Origin: Candidatus Woesearchaeota archaeon
GTDB taxonomy: Archaea; Nanobdellota; Nanobdellia; Woesearchaeales; DSVV01
DNA: 55,861 nt
Direction of reading: 5' to 3'
Assembly: GCA_018303075.1 (NCBI GenBank)
Contig: JAGVYW010000044.1
Coordinates: forward strand, 1-55,861
The position numbers were made by a program, and so were the translations under genes. Of this stretch, positions 1-9,061 are shown piece by piece (within the stretch, counting starts at the first letter, position 1; the number at the start of each line of letters is the position of its first letter). Below the pieces are notes generated by a model. That model worked only from the letters and a program-made list of their open reading frames with translations, had not been told where the DNA came from and ran no database searches.

Positions 1-1
1 T

Positions 2-460
2 TCATTAATTGATTTAAATAAATTTAACCCTATTGATATTTATCCTTCTGTTTGGAAAAAAATTGAAGTGTTGATTGACCAAGGTCAATTATTTTCCCCA
101 ATTGAAGTTTTTAATGAATTAGTCAAACAAGATGATAAAGTTGCAGAATGGGCAAAACAACATAAAAAAATGTTCAAACCAATAACCCCAAAACAAACAG
201 AAATTGTTACTCAAATTTTAAAAAAGTATCCTTCAATCATAAATATAAAAAAGGAATTTTCAGCAGATCCATGGGTTATTGCTTTAGCTGTAGAATTTTC
301 AAGAAATAAACAACAAACATTGACGCCTCTAAAATGGCTTGTAGTCACTGAAGAAAGCCAAAGAGAGAATAAGATTAGAATACCTTTAATATGTAAGGAT
401 TTTAATATTGGTTATCTCAGAATATTTGACATGTTCAGAAATAAAGGGTGGAAGTTTTAA
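2..460 (+). CDS. DUF4411-like PIN-fold protein (5' end runs off the window)
   Basis: The frame stays open back to the window edge (SLIDLNKFNPIDIYPSVWKKIEVLIDQGQL...). The pattern FP..W..IE.LI..G.L.S..EV..EL ... ADPWVIALA ... VVTEE ... IPLICKDFNI matches my memory of the DUF4411 family. Confidence 0.55.
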   Translation, partial: SLIDLNKFNPIDIYPSVWKKIEVLIDQGQLFSPIEVFNELVKQDDKVAEWAKQHKKMFKPITPKQTEIVTQILKKYPSIINIKKEFSADPWVIALAVEFSRNKQQTLTPLKWLVVTEESQRENKIRIPLICKDFNIGYLRIFDMFRNKGWKF

Positions 461-461
461 A

Positions 462-803
462 ATGACCATAAAAGAAAAAATTGAACAAATCGAAAACGAT
501 GACAATGCAAATGATGAACACGTTTTGCATCAATTATTAGAATTGGCTATGGCTGTAACCGGCAGAGGAGATGTTAGCGATGATTACACCCATTTTATAG
601 AATTTCCACTTGGTGACATTATGTTATTTTCTGATCCTTATTATGGGAATGTGCAGATAGATGAAACTGATTTAGACACTAAAATCATTAAAAAACTCAT
701 TACAGAAATTAAGAAAAGACTGCTTCAATTCGATAAAAAGATTGAAACAATTAGAGAGCAAGCTGCAACAGAAATTTTTGACAAACCACTAAAGATTAAT
801 TAA
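462..803 (+). CDS. hypothetical acidic protein, probably co-transcribed with the DUF4411-like gene
   Basis: The ATG at 462 lies 1 nt after the upstream stop. The ORF-track start at 408 overlaps the upstream gene and looks artefactual. I recognise no motif. Confidence 0.4.
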   Translation: MTIKEKIEQIENDDNANDEHVLHQLLELAMAVTGRGDVSDDYTHFIEFPLGDIMLFSDPYYGNVQIDETDLDTKIIKKLITEIKKRLLQFDKKIETIREQAATEIFDKPLKIN

Positions 804-971
804 CCAAAATGAAAAAAACAATAACAAATAACCAAAAAAAGACTTACGAAAAAATCGCCGAAGATGCAACTGTAGAAAGTTATACTTTAATTATACTTAG
901 GTATAATTTTTATTTAAACATTTCCATTTTTTGTACGTAATATTTATAACAGCAGTATAATAACTCACATT

Positions 972-1979
972 ATGCCTCAGACAATCTCAATCAAAGAAGC
1001 TTTAGAATTAGAAAACACTATTTTCATAGATACACGAACACCAGCAGAATATGCAGAAGCACATATTCCAGATGCTGTGAATATTCCTATATTCTCAAAT
1101 GATGAACGAGCATTAATTGGCACAATTTATACAAAAATAAACAAAGAGCAAGCAATTGACAAAGGAGTTGAACTATTCTCACAGAAACTGCCAGATATAC
1201 TTAAACAGATGAAACAATACAAAGATAAGACAATTATTATCAATTGCTGGCGCGGCGGAATGAGATCAAAAGTTGTAACAAATGTGCTTTGTGGTTTAGG
1301 ATATAGAGCATTGCAATTAGAAGGCGGTCATAAAGCATATAGGAAATATGTGATAGAACAATTAAATAATTACCAATTTAAAGCAAGATTCATTGTATTA
1401 TATGGTCTAACTGGCACTGGAAAAACTGAACTATTAAAACAATTTCCAAATTCCTTAGACTTAGAAGATTTAGCGCAACACAGAAACTCTCGTTTAGGTA
1501 TGGTAGGATTACAACCAAGAAATCAAAAGATGTTTGATGCTATGATTTTGCAACGCTTTCGAGCATTGCAAAATAAAGAATTTATAATAATTGAGGGAGA
1601 ATCAAGAAAATTGGGTAGAGTTTTATTGCCAGAATCATTGTATAAAGCAATGAAAAAAGGAATAAATATAAAAGTTGAGCTTCCAATAGAAACACGCTGC
1701 AAAAGATTAGCAGATGAATACTTTGATACCATTGAAAAGATCCAACAAATCAAAGAGATTGTCAAAACAATGATACCAGTATTAAGCAATAAGATTGTTG
1801 ATGAAATAATCACAGCAATTAATTCTCAAGATTATGAAGAAGCAGTGAGATTATTGCTTGTGCATTTTTATGATCCAAAATATAACCATACAGTTGAAAA
1901 TATTGATTATCAATTGAAAGTAAATAATGATATAACAAAAGTTGCTGAAGAGATAAGAAAGTTTTTAGAAACATATTAA
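972..1979 (+). CDS. selU: tRNA 2-selenouridine synthase-like protein (rhodanese domain plus P-loop domain)
   Basis: The N-terminal rhodanese domain has the active-site loop CWRGGMRS. It is followed by a Walker A motif, GLTGTGKT. The length of 335 aa fits the SelU/MnmH architecture. Confidence 0.7.
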   Translation: MPQTISIKEALELENTIFIDTRTPAEYAEAHIPDAVNIPIFSNDERALIGTIYTKINKEQAIDKGVELFSQKLPDILKQMKQYKDKTIIINCWRGGMRSKVVTNVLCGLGYRALQLEGGHKAYRKYVIEQLNNYQFKARFIVLYGLTGTGKTELLKQFPNSLDLEDLAQHRNSRLGMVGLQPRNQKMFDAMILQRFRALQNKEFIIIEGESRKLGRVLLPESLYKAMKKGINIKVELPIETRCKRLADEYFDTIEKIQQIKEIVKTMIPVLSNKIVDEIITAINSQDYEEAVRLLLVHFYDPKYNHTVENIDYQLKVNNDITKVAEEIRKFLETY

Positions 1980-2003
1980 AACAAATACATTCTCCATATT
2001 CTT

Positions 2004-2669
2004 ATGCAGCTTACAGAAATCAAAGATAAAATCAACCCTAAACTATACCAATCATTACAACAAAGAAATCTCAAAGAATTGCGCCCTTGCCAGGAAAAGT
2101 CAATCAAATCAGGTTTATTCGATGGAAAAAACCTATTAGTCTGCACACCAACTGGTTCTGGAAAAACATTAGTTGCAGAATTTGCCGCATTGGATTCTGT
2201 ATATAATAATATAGGAAAAGCAATATATATTGTACCATTGAAAGCATTAGCTAATGAAAAATATAAAGAGTTTAAACAAAGATATTCAGATTTAAAGATT
2301 GCATTATCTGTTGGAGATAATGATTCTGACGATTCTTATTTAGCAGGATATGATATAATTATTACAACCTCAGAGAAACTAGATTCTTTAATTCGTCATT
2401 CAATTCCATGGCTGAGAAATGTAAAAGTAGTAATTATTGATGAAATTCATTTGATTAATGACGAAGGGAGAGGACCAACATTAGAAATATTAATTACACT
2501 TTTGAAACATTTATTGAAAAATGTGCAAATAATTGGATTGTCTGCAACAATTGGCAATCCTAAAGAATTAGCTGAATGGCTTGAAGCAAAACTTATTCTT
2601 GACAATTGGAGACCAGTTAAACTCAAGAAAGGAGTTTACTTTGAAGGAAAAATAGAATTTGAACAATAA
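2004..2669 (+). pseudogene. Hel308/Ski2-like DEAD/DEAH helicase, RecA1 domain only (truncated remnant or split gene)
   Basis: Motif I (TPTGSGKT), motif II (DEIH) and motif III (SAT) are present. The ORF stops after 221 aa, where RecA2 should start, and the next gene is on the opposite strand. Confidence 0.55.
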
Positions 2670-2689
2670 GAAAAAGAAGAGAAAGATTC

Positions 2690-3250
2690 TTAGACATATA
2701 CAACTGAATTAATAAATAAAACAGCTAATCCAACAAGTAAAGTTAAGATTATCCCTGAAGAAATCAACACAGCTGCAACAGCTCTTCCAATTGATAATTG
2801 ATGAATAACTTTAGTTATCTTGATATCAACTAATAATGACCAAATAGCAGTTGCAATAATAACTAATACCATAATCACACCAAATGTTGTTATTTCTTCA
2901 ACATCAAAAGGAAATATATTAAGTACCATCAATATATGTGGAAATAATAATACTTTATAGAAAGGCATGAAATCAGCTTTACCTCCAAGCCATTTTGCAA
3001 AGAGGTGAGTTAATCCGTAGATGATTAAAGTTCCAAGAATTGTTGTTACAGGCAATATTATAAAATTTAACCCTTTCTCTAATGGTGTAACATCCATAAA
3101 TAACTGAACAACTGCACTCAATAATGAAACAGCTAAAGCAATTGCAAGTCCATAGATTAATGCATTTTTATCTTTTGATAAATTTGACATTGTTTTTTCA
3201 TCAAATGTAACAACTTTCCATGCATCCTGAAGATATTCTACAAATTCCAT
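2690..3250 (-). CDS. Yip1-like polytopic membrane protein
   Basis: A short soluble N-terminus is followed by about 5 hydrophobic helices, which resembles the Yip1/DUF1282 layout. Confidence 0.45.
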   Translation of the reverse strand: MEFVEYLQDAWKVVTFDEKTMSNLSKDKNALIYGLAIALAVSLLSAVVQLFMDVTPLEKGLNFIILPVTTILGTLIIYGLTHLFAKWLGGKADFMPFYKVLLFPHILMVLNIFPFDVEEITTFGVIMVLVIIATAIWSLLVDIKITKVIHQLSIGRAVAAVLISSGIILTLLVGLAVLFINSVVYV

Positions 3251-3339
3251 TTTTTATCACCTTTTTTTGTTGTAAATGTTGAATTATATAAAGCTTTTAT
3301 TTCTCTGAATAGTAATGAAAAACTACTATTAATAGTTTT

Positions 3340-3936
3340 CTATCTCTCAGCTAACACTATCTCATACAATCCTTCTTTTAATTGCCCTGTACATTTATCT
3401 AACCCAGACAACAATGTTGTCAATAGTTCCTGATTGAAATTATTCTTAACATAGCTGCAAGTCATACTTTTTCCTTCAATAAGCTCTTTTATCTCTTTTG
3501 GTTCTTCATCTGATAACTTAACAATTTTCTTAACAACATTGCAATCATTGTCTGTTGTGAATTCATATTGTATTTGATCAACAGTTATTTGGTATCGTGC
3601 AGCATTGCAATTATTAGCATTTTCTAAAAAACATTGTTCATTTGTACAGTCAACTGCAGAAAATGATTTAAGATAAAATACAAAGAAAATAATAACTACC
3701 AACAATACTAATCCTATAATAAGCTGCGATTTATGAAGTAGTGGATTATATCCTAGTGCTTTCCCTGTTGTTACATATTTTTTCAGCAATTCTTTGACAA
3801 TACCTTCTTTATAACCCGCTTTAAGTAATGCATTTTGAATCTGATCAAGAGTAAATCCTTTCTGATACTCTGTATGAATATAATCATCTATTCTTTTCCT
3901 GATTTCATCACTTGCTTCAACTTGTTTATCCATCAA
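3340..3936 (-). CDS. single-pass membrane protein with an N-terminal cytoplasmic helical module and a Cys-containing ectodomain
   Basis: The N-terminal sequence EYQKGFTLDQIQNALLKAGYKEGIVKELL is homologous to the C-terminal tails of the two giant proteins. One TM helix (LIIGLVLLVVIIFFVFYL) follows, then an ectodomain with 6 Cys. Confidence 0.6.
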   Translation of the reverse strand: MMDKQVEASDEIRKRIDDYIHTEYQKGFTLDQIQNALLKAGYKEGIVKELLKKYVTTGKALGYNPLLHKSQLIIGLVLLVVIIFFVFYLKSFSAVDCTNEQCFLENANNCNAARYQITVDQIQYEFTTDNDCNVVKKIVKLSDEEPKEIKELIEGKSMTCSYVKNNFNQELLTTLLSGLDKCTGQLKEGLYEIVLAER

Positions 3937-4003
3937 ATACTAATTTATCTATAAAAGTTTAAATTAATTTGTATTAACCTAAAAGTAATGAAAATATTTA
4001 TAA

Positions 4004-4834
4004 ATGGATTGCTCTTCCTTAGAGATTATGCAATTAGATGACGAAACACAGAATTTAATTGAAAGGATTAATCAAATTCATGGATTATCAAACATAGAAA
4101 GAATAAACAGTGAATATCCATTATTTGACTTTACAGATAATAACAGCACAAAACAAATGCTTTCTGTTTATAGTAAACTTGATTTTGATAGAGTATTAGC
4201 AATTAGAAATTCATTATATGAGGGATTATATAATGATGTTTTAAAAGATTTTGCTCAAAAACATAAAAACAAGTTTAACATTATAGATGTTTATTTTATT
4301 GTTGATGACAGCCAATTAAGTGATTATCAAAGAAGAAACAAAGTTATTGCATCATTATTAGATCTTATAGATAAACAAGATATTATTCATGGAGATGATA
4401 TTGTCTTACCTTATATTTCTGATGACAAAAATCTATGGGATAGTAAGAGAAAAGGATTTGGTGACACATTTGAAAATAATATTCGAAAGCAATTATTAGC
4501 AAAAGGATTCCCAGAGATTTATGGTTATTCAGATGCATCATTATCAGTTGAAATATCAAAATATTTACTCCAAAGAAACTATCTTGCTGCAGCAGTTTAC
4601 ATTGCTTTATTTGAAGATAAAGTTTTAATAGGAGATTCTGATTCCAATCCAAAAACATATGCAGAAGGAGTGCTTGAATATTTTGTTAAAAGCAGAAATA
4701 AGAAAGAAACTGATGTTCCAGAAGATAAAAAGAAAATGGCAGTTATTGTACGGAAAGAATATATGCTATCACATGGAGCAAAAGATTTCTGCAAAAAACA
4801 TGATTTAGGTTATGTTGTTTTAGAAGTTAGATGA
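4004..4834 (+). CDS. hypothetical protein
   Basis: This is a 276 aa ORF with coding-like composition and no motif I recognise. Confidence 0.4.
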   Translation: MDCSSLEIMQLDDETQNLIERINQIHGLSNIERINSEYPLFDFTDNNSTKQMLSVYSKLDFDRVLAIRNSLYEGLYNDVLKDFAQKHKNKFNIIDVYFIVDDSQLSDYQRRNKVIASLLDLIDKQDIIHGDDIVLPYISDDKNLWDSKRKGFGDTFENNIRKQLLAKGFPEIYGYSDASLSVEISKYLLQRNYLAAAVYIALFEDKVLIGDSDSNPKTYAEGVLEYFVKSRNKKETDVPEDKKKMAVIVRKEYMLSHGAKDFCKKHDLGYVVLEVR

Positions 4835-4872
4835 ATTACTACTAAAAAACAATTATTATTTTAATTATATCT

Positions 4873-5742
4873 TCACTTTTCTTCTTCTGTTCTAGCTGCT
4901 TTTAACAATCTTTCCTCAAACAATAACCCTTCTAATATCATCTCTTCAGAACAACTAAATACTTTTTTTGCAATAATTCCTTTAGAATCAGCACATTCTG
5001 TTTCATATATTGGTGAACCATTTGAACTGCCTATTAAAGAACCTTCCCAGAATTCTTTAATTCTTTCAGCTGTAACAAATAACCTAGAATAAATATTATC
5101 TCCTCTACTTCTATTATATCCTCTATTATTAGAACCACTGCTGCTATGCCTTGTTTCCCTCTCATGAAAAAGTGCAGCATTTAACAAACAAGCAAATCTT
5201 GCATCTCTTGTATCTCTACATGAAATTGTATCAGCAATTCTTGCATATAATCTTGGTTGAGTAAGATACAACAACAAATTAGAGATCTGAGTATTTCCAC
5301 CATGATTATCACAAACTACATTATATTTACCAAGCAGTTCAGTAACTAGATTCTCTATTTTCATAGTTCTTTTTACTCCTCTTCTAAGAGCTTTAACACT
5401 TCGATTCTTATATTCGCCTAAATTAGAATAATACTGTGTTATCATCTGAATTGAAACATCAGCAACCAATGTTGAACGCAATAGATTTTTATATTTATCA
5501 CTGCCAAACTCAGGATAAACTATAACCATCATATCAGAATATTTTGCTAAAGTTACATACCCATCCCTTAAAACACCTAAGCCCAATGATTGTTTTAATC
5601 CACTTCTTGGTTTAGTCATTAGAGTATTGATCAAACACAAATACATCCTAGCTTCAGCATCATGACCTAATAAATCCATTAATTCAGGTTCGTTTATATC
5701 TGGCATTCGCGCTTCAAGTGTTTCAAATCTTTGATCTTGCAT
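4873..5742 (-). CDS. hypothetical protein
   Basis: This is a 289 aa ORF that is visibly richer in R/G/C than its neighbours. I recognise no motif. Confidence 0.4.
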   Translation of the reverse strand: MQDQRFETLEARMPDINEPELMDLLGHDAEARMYLCLINTLMTKPRSGLKQSLGLGVLRDGYVTLAKYSDMMVIVYPEFGSDKYKNLLRSTLVADVSIQMITQYYSNLGEYKNRSVKALRRGVKRTMKIENLVTELLGKYNVVCDNHGGNTQISNLLLYLTQPRLYARIADTISCRDTRDARFACLLNAALFHERETRHSSSGSNNRGYNRSRGDNIYSRLFVTAERIKEFWEGSLIGSSNGSPIYETECADSKGIIAKKVFSCSEEMILEGLLFEERLLKAARTEEEK

Positions 5743-5815
5743 TTTAAAACAAAAAACATGCTTATATTTAAAGCTTGTTATGTTTAGTTACTAAAAGGTG
5801 GTAGTCTATGTATTT

Positions 5816-6385
5816 TTACTTAATATTCTTACCCTCGCCACCAATATCAGTTTTATCTTCAACTACATTCTCACTTTTAACTTGCTGCTGCATATTCTGT
5901 GTCATTTTCTGACTAATCTTTTCGTTTTTAACAATTTTTTGCAATTCTAAGATAAAACTATGTGTCTTATTCAGATGATCATGCACTTTTGTTCTTGCAC
6001 GTTCAAAAGCATGCTCTAGTGTTGGACCATTTAATTTATAGCCAATAACAACAGTATTATCAGACAATATATAGCTAGTTTTTACAACCATATCTACCCC
6101 TAACCATCTTTTGAGATATTCATACATTGTCTGCCTTGTAATGCCCGCATACATCCCCATCTCTTCAACTGTCATAACTGCTTTTGTTGGCTGCTTTTCT
6201 CTATTTGCAATCTTTGCACGTTCATATAATTCTATCAGAACTTGATGCATTTTATCTGTAGAATTCTCTTTTCTAGGCATTAATCCGAGACGTTGGATAA
6301 TAATCTTTGCTAAATCATCAGAACTAGCATTTAATTCTGGCTCAATATTTGTAAGAATTATTTTTTGCTTTGCAATAACAATCAC
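5816..6385 (-). CDS. winged-helix transcription regulator (paralog of 30795-31259)
   Basis: An HTH-like segment (MTVEEMGMYAGITRQTMYEYLKRW) is present. The N-terminal pattern (IIQRLGLMPRKE..D..HQVLIELYERAK) parallels FCLSIGLLQPGDSRDIIVDILYVLLRAK in the other regulator. The start codon appears to be GTG. Confidence 0.5.
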   Translation of the reverse strand: MIVIAKQKIILTNIEPELNASSDDLAKIIIQRLGLMPRKENSTDKMHQVLIELYERAKIANREKQPTKAVMTVEEMGMYAGITRQTMYEYLKRWLGVDMVVKTSYILSDNTVVIGYKLNGPTLEHAFERARTKVHDHLNKTHSFILELQKIVKNEKISQKMTQNMQQQVKSENVVEDKTDIGGEGKNIK

Positions 6386-7811
6386 CGATTATATTTTTTA
6401 TATCTGTTTACTTCTTATATCTATTTTTTCAATTTAAAGAATATAGCTAATTTATATATTTTCTGATTATAACGACACAATTCGAAATCTGATCTCAATA
6501 ATGCCCCAAGAATTATAATTATTGTCAACTATTTGATTATATACTCTCACTTTATCCGAAATAAAGATAGAAACTTCTAATTTTTAATAATTGATTGCAA
6601 AAATAATAAAAAGTATAGTGCCTATATAATATATCCTGAGATATAATAATCAGATTAAATATATTGAAACATATATTAAACTACACAACCTATTGAACAG
6701 ATATGTCAAAGGATATAAATATAAAAAACATAAAAACCTACAAAAACAAGCTTAAAATATTTAAGAAATGATTAAATTTTAATAACATCAGCCAAGCTAC
6801 AATATTTAAGTTTAGCTTAAAATATTCTGTCAAAGATATAGATAATAAATGAGATTATGTAAGCTAAGATTAAAATATTTAATCAATATTAAAACAAACG
6901 AAATTCAGTTAAAAAATATATTTAACGCGATAAATACATTGAAGAAAAAGAGAGATTTTAGACGATAGAAACAGTTTTAGAATGATTCGAGATAATACCA
7001 AATAAGTGAAAAACAACCAAAACTACAATTTATGAGATAATCCCGAAAATGAAGTTCAATTCAAATAAAATGAACTAAAGTACTGCATAATTTCGACAAT
7101 TTTTGCAAATATAGTTTGAGGGGTTTTTACTCGTGAAGTATGGTTAAACAACAAAGACATGCCAAAAGTGAAGAAAAGAAGGAGGTTTAAGGAACCATTA
7201 AGCAATAATAGCGACAAGGTTTATGCATTATCATTGATTATATAGTAAAAAGTAGTTATGAGATCACAAAAAGAAAATAAGTTAAATACACGCAAAAAGC
7301 ACTAAAACATACTAAAAGATTAGAATATTTAAGCAGAAGTAAACAGATGAGAAAAGAATAAGAAAATATCTTAAGCGTGTAAAACACATTGAATAAACAA
7401 TGAGGTCAGAACAAGTCTGTGTTATTATTTCTTATTATTACATTATTTAGTTCTTATCTAGAATAAAAAACATAGATTAGAGATGAAAAAAGGTAAAACT
7501 AAATTTAGAGAATAAAATAATTGATAGAAAACTGAATCATTTAAGCAAAGAATAGATAAAAATCAAGTAGAGATAATCACGACAAAAGAAAGAGTATTAA
7601 GGACAAAATTATGAACAAAAAAGAATAAATTATAGAGAACACAAAAAAAAGATAAGAAAAAACATAGACAGTTGTAAAAGATAATAAGTTTTGATAACTT
7701 TTTGTATAAAAGTGAGAGTTAGAAACATTTTTTGCAGTAGGCACTATAAGATTTATAAGATTTTAAACTAAAAACAGATAAATTTTTAATAAGATTGAAT
7801 AAACCAAGAAT
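6386..7811. other. 1.4 kb ORF-free region; from about 6640 onward the plus strand is strongly purine-rich and C-poor
   Basis: The ORF track shows no ORF of 60 aa or more on either strand, and stops are dense in all frames. The T-rich to A-rich switch falls near 6600-6650. Confidence 0.8.
6751..6884. promoter_or_regulatory. cluster of four related palindromic sites (TTAAA-ATA-TTTAA core)
   Basis: The sites are CTTAAAATATTTAAG (6751-6765), CTACAATATTTAAG (6797-6810), CTTAAAATATTCTG (6816-6829) and GATTAAAATATTTAATC (6868-6884). Weaker copies lie at 7318-7334 and 7363-7375. Confidence 0.35.
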
Positions 7812-8933
7812 ATGAGAAGAAGAGACTTTTTAAAAGGAACAATAAACAGTTTAGTTTTACTTGGTTTAGGCAATATTAGAAGTGATAGTCAACAAATTGA
7901 GATAACAGCAAGTATTGATGATAGACTAAAAAGAGAGACAAATGCATCAGAATCATTATATAGGACAACCAGAAAAAGATTAACAAATTCGGGATTAGAA
8001 ATAATCGAAGAATATAGTTTAGATATACAAAGTGAGAGATTAGTTATTTATCTACCTGATATGCACCACCCTATTTTTATAGGTGATCAAAAAAAGAGAA
8101 TAGAACTGATAATTAGTCTATTAAAGAATAAACAAATTGCATTGGGTTTAGAGGGTTATTATCAAGAATTAACGCCTGAGTTTATCCGACAAGCAAAAGT
8201 AAGCCATGAAACATTTGAAGGCACAAAAAAAGAAGACGCAATATTAAACGCAAATATCAAAGAAGTAGGAACGAGTTTTATAGAATTAGCAACAGAAGAT
8301 CCTAACAGAAAAGAATCAATAAGAAAACTGTTGTTAGAATTCAAAGATATTACTAAACATGTTCTATCGACTGTAGCTACTAACAAAGGATATACAAATC
8401 AAATTCATGCTCCAGGTTCTGCTTATCTTTTTGAGAATTATCCACAAAGTATACATTTATTTGGTACTGAAAATGATGATACATATCTGCAAAGATATGC
8501 AGAATATGATAATCTATTAAAAATGGAGTATATTGAAGTGCTAAGAATAAAGACACAAGAGATGGCAGCAAAATTTAAGATAGAACCCGACGACAAACGC
8601 ATTAAAGATATATTATCAATAACAGAAGTTCTTGAATCAATGTTAAGTGTAAATTGTAATAAATATCAGTTTTGTAGAGAATATAAGGAACGCGCAGATA
8701 GAACGAAGTTTAAGATTGGTCTTGAAGATATGAGTCAAATGTTAGCTGATTTAGATAGTATTAGAAATATAGATTGGTCAGAAAAAGTGAAAAAACTCGA
8801 TAGAAAATATAAGATTGTAGTTGTTATCGGTGGAGCTGGGCATCTTAAAAGTAGAGTAAATCAAGAAATCACAAAATATGCAAGCATGATAACAATCGAT
8901 ACACATATTGAAAGATATAATCCAACGTTATAA
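7812..8933 (+). CDS. exported protein with a twin-arginine signal, function unknown
   Basis: The N-terminus MRRRDFLKGTINSLVLLGLG matches the Tat consensus RRxFLK followed by a hydrophobic region. Motifs LPDMHHP, LGLEGY and VIGGAGHL weakly recall the ChaN/TraB/Tiki superfamily. Confidence 0.55.
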   Translation: MRRRDFLKGTINSLVLLGLGNIRSDSQQIEITASIDDRLKRETNASESLYRTTRKRLTNSGLEIIEEYSLDIQSERLVIYLPDMHHPIFIGDQKKRIELIISLLKNKQIALGLEGYYQELTPEFIRQAKVSHETFEGTKKEDAILNANIKEVGTSFIELATEDPNRKESIRKLLLEFKDITKHVLSTVATNKGYTNQIHAPGSAYLFENYPQSIHLFGTENDDTYLQRYAEYDNLLKMEYIEVLRIKTQEMAAKFKIEPDDKRIKDILSITEVLESMLSVNCNKYQFCREYKERADRTKFKIGLEDMSQMLADLDSIRNIDWSEKVKKLDRKYKIVVVIGGAGHLKSRVNQEITKYASMITIDTHIERYNPTL

Positions 8934-8961
8934 GATTACCCTTTAATTTTACTAATCTATA

Positions 8962-9057
8962 TTTAAACAAGACGAATTCCACTTGTCTATTGACAGGTGG
9001 TGGAATTCGTAAGCGTCAAGAACCACCTTAGGTGTTATCGATAAGCATGCCACTGGT
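8962..9057. repeat. copy 1 of a 90-96 nt structured element (inverted relative to copy 2)
   Basis: Its reverse complement is identical to 41046-41135 apart from one 6 nt indel. It contains an 11 bp stem, ACGAATTCCAC/GTGGAATTCGT. Hand-counted G+C is about 42%. Confidence 0.9.
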
Positions 9058-9061
9058 CTAA

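Noticed and set aside
7159-7245. 28 aa ORF (MPKVKKRRRFKEPLSNNSDKVYALSLII) in the ORF-free region, whose basic start resembles the surface-protein leaders
   Set aside because: It is too short, has no TM helix or GKAI motif after it, and basic runs are easily generated by A/G-rich DNA. I kept it only as a hint for the decayed-gene hypothesis.
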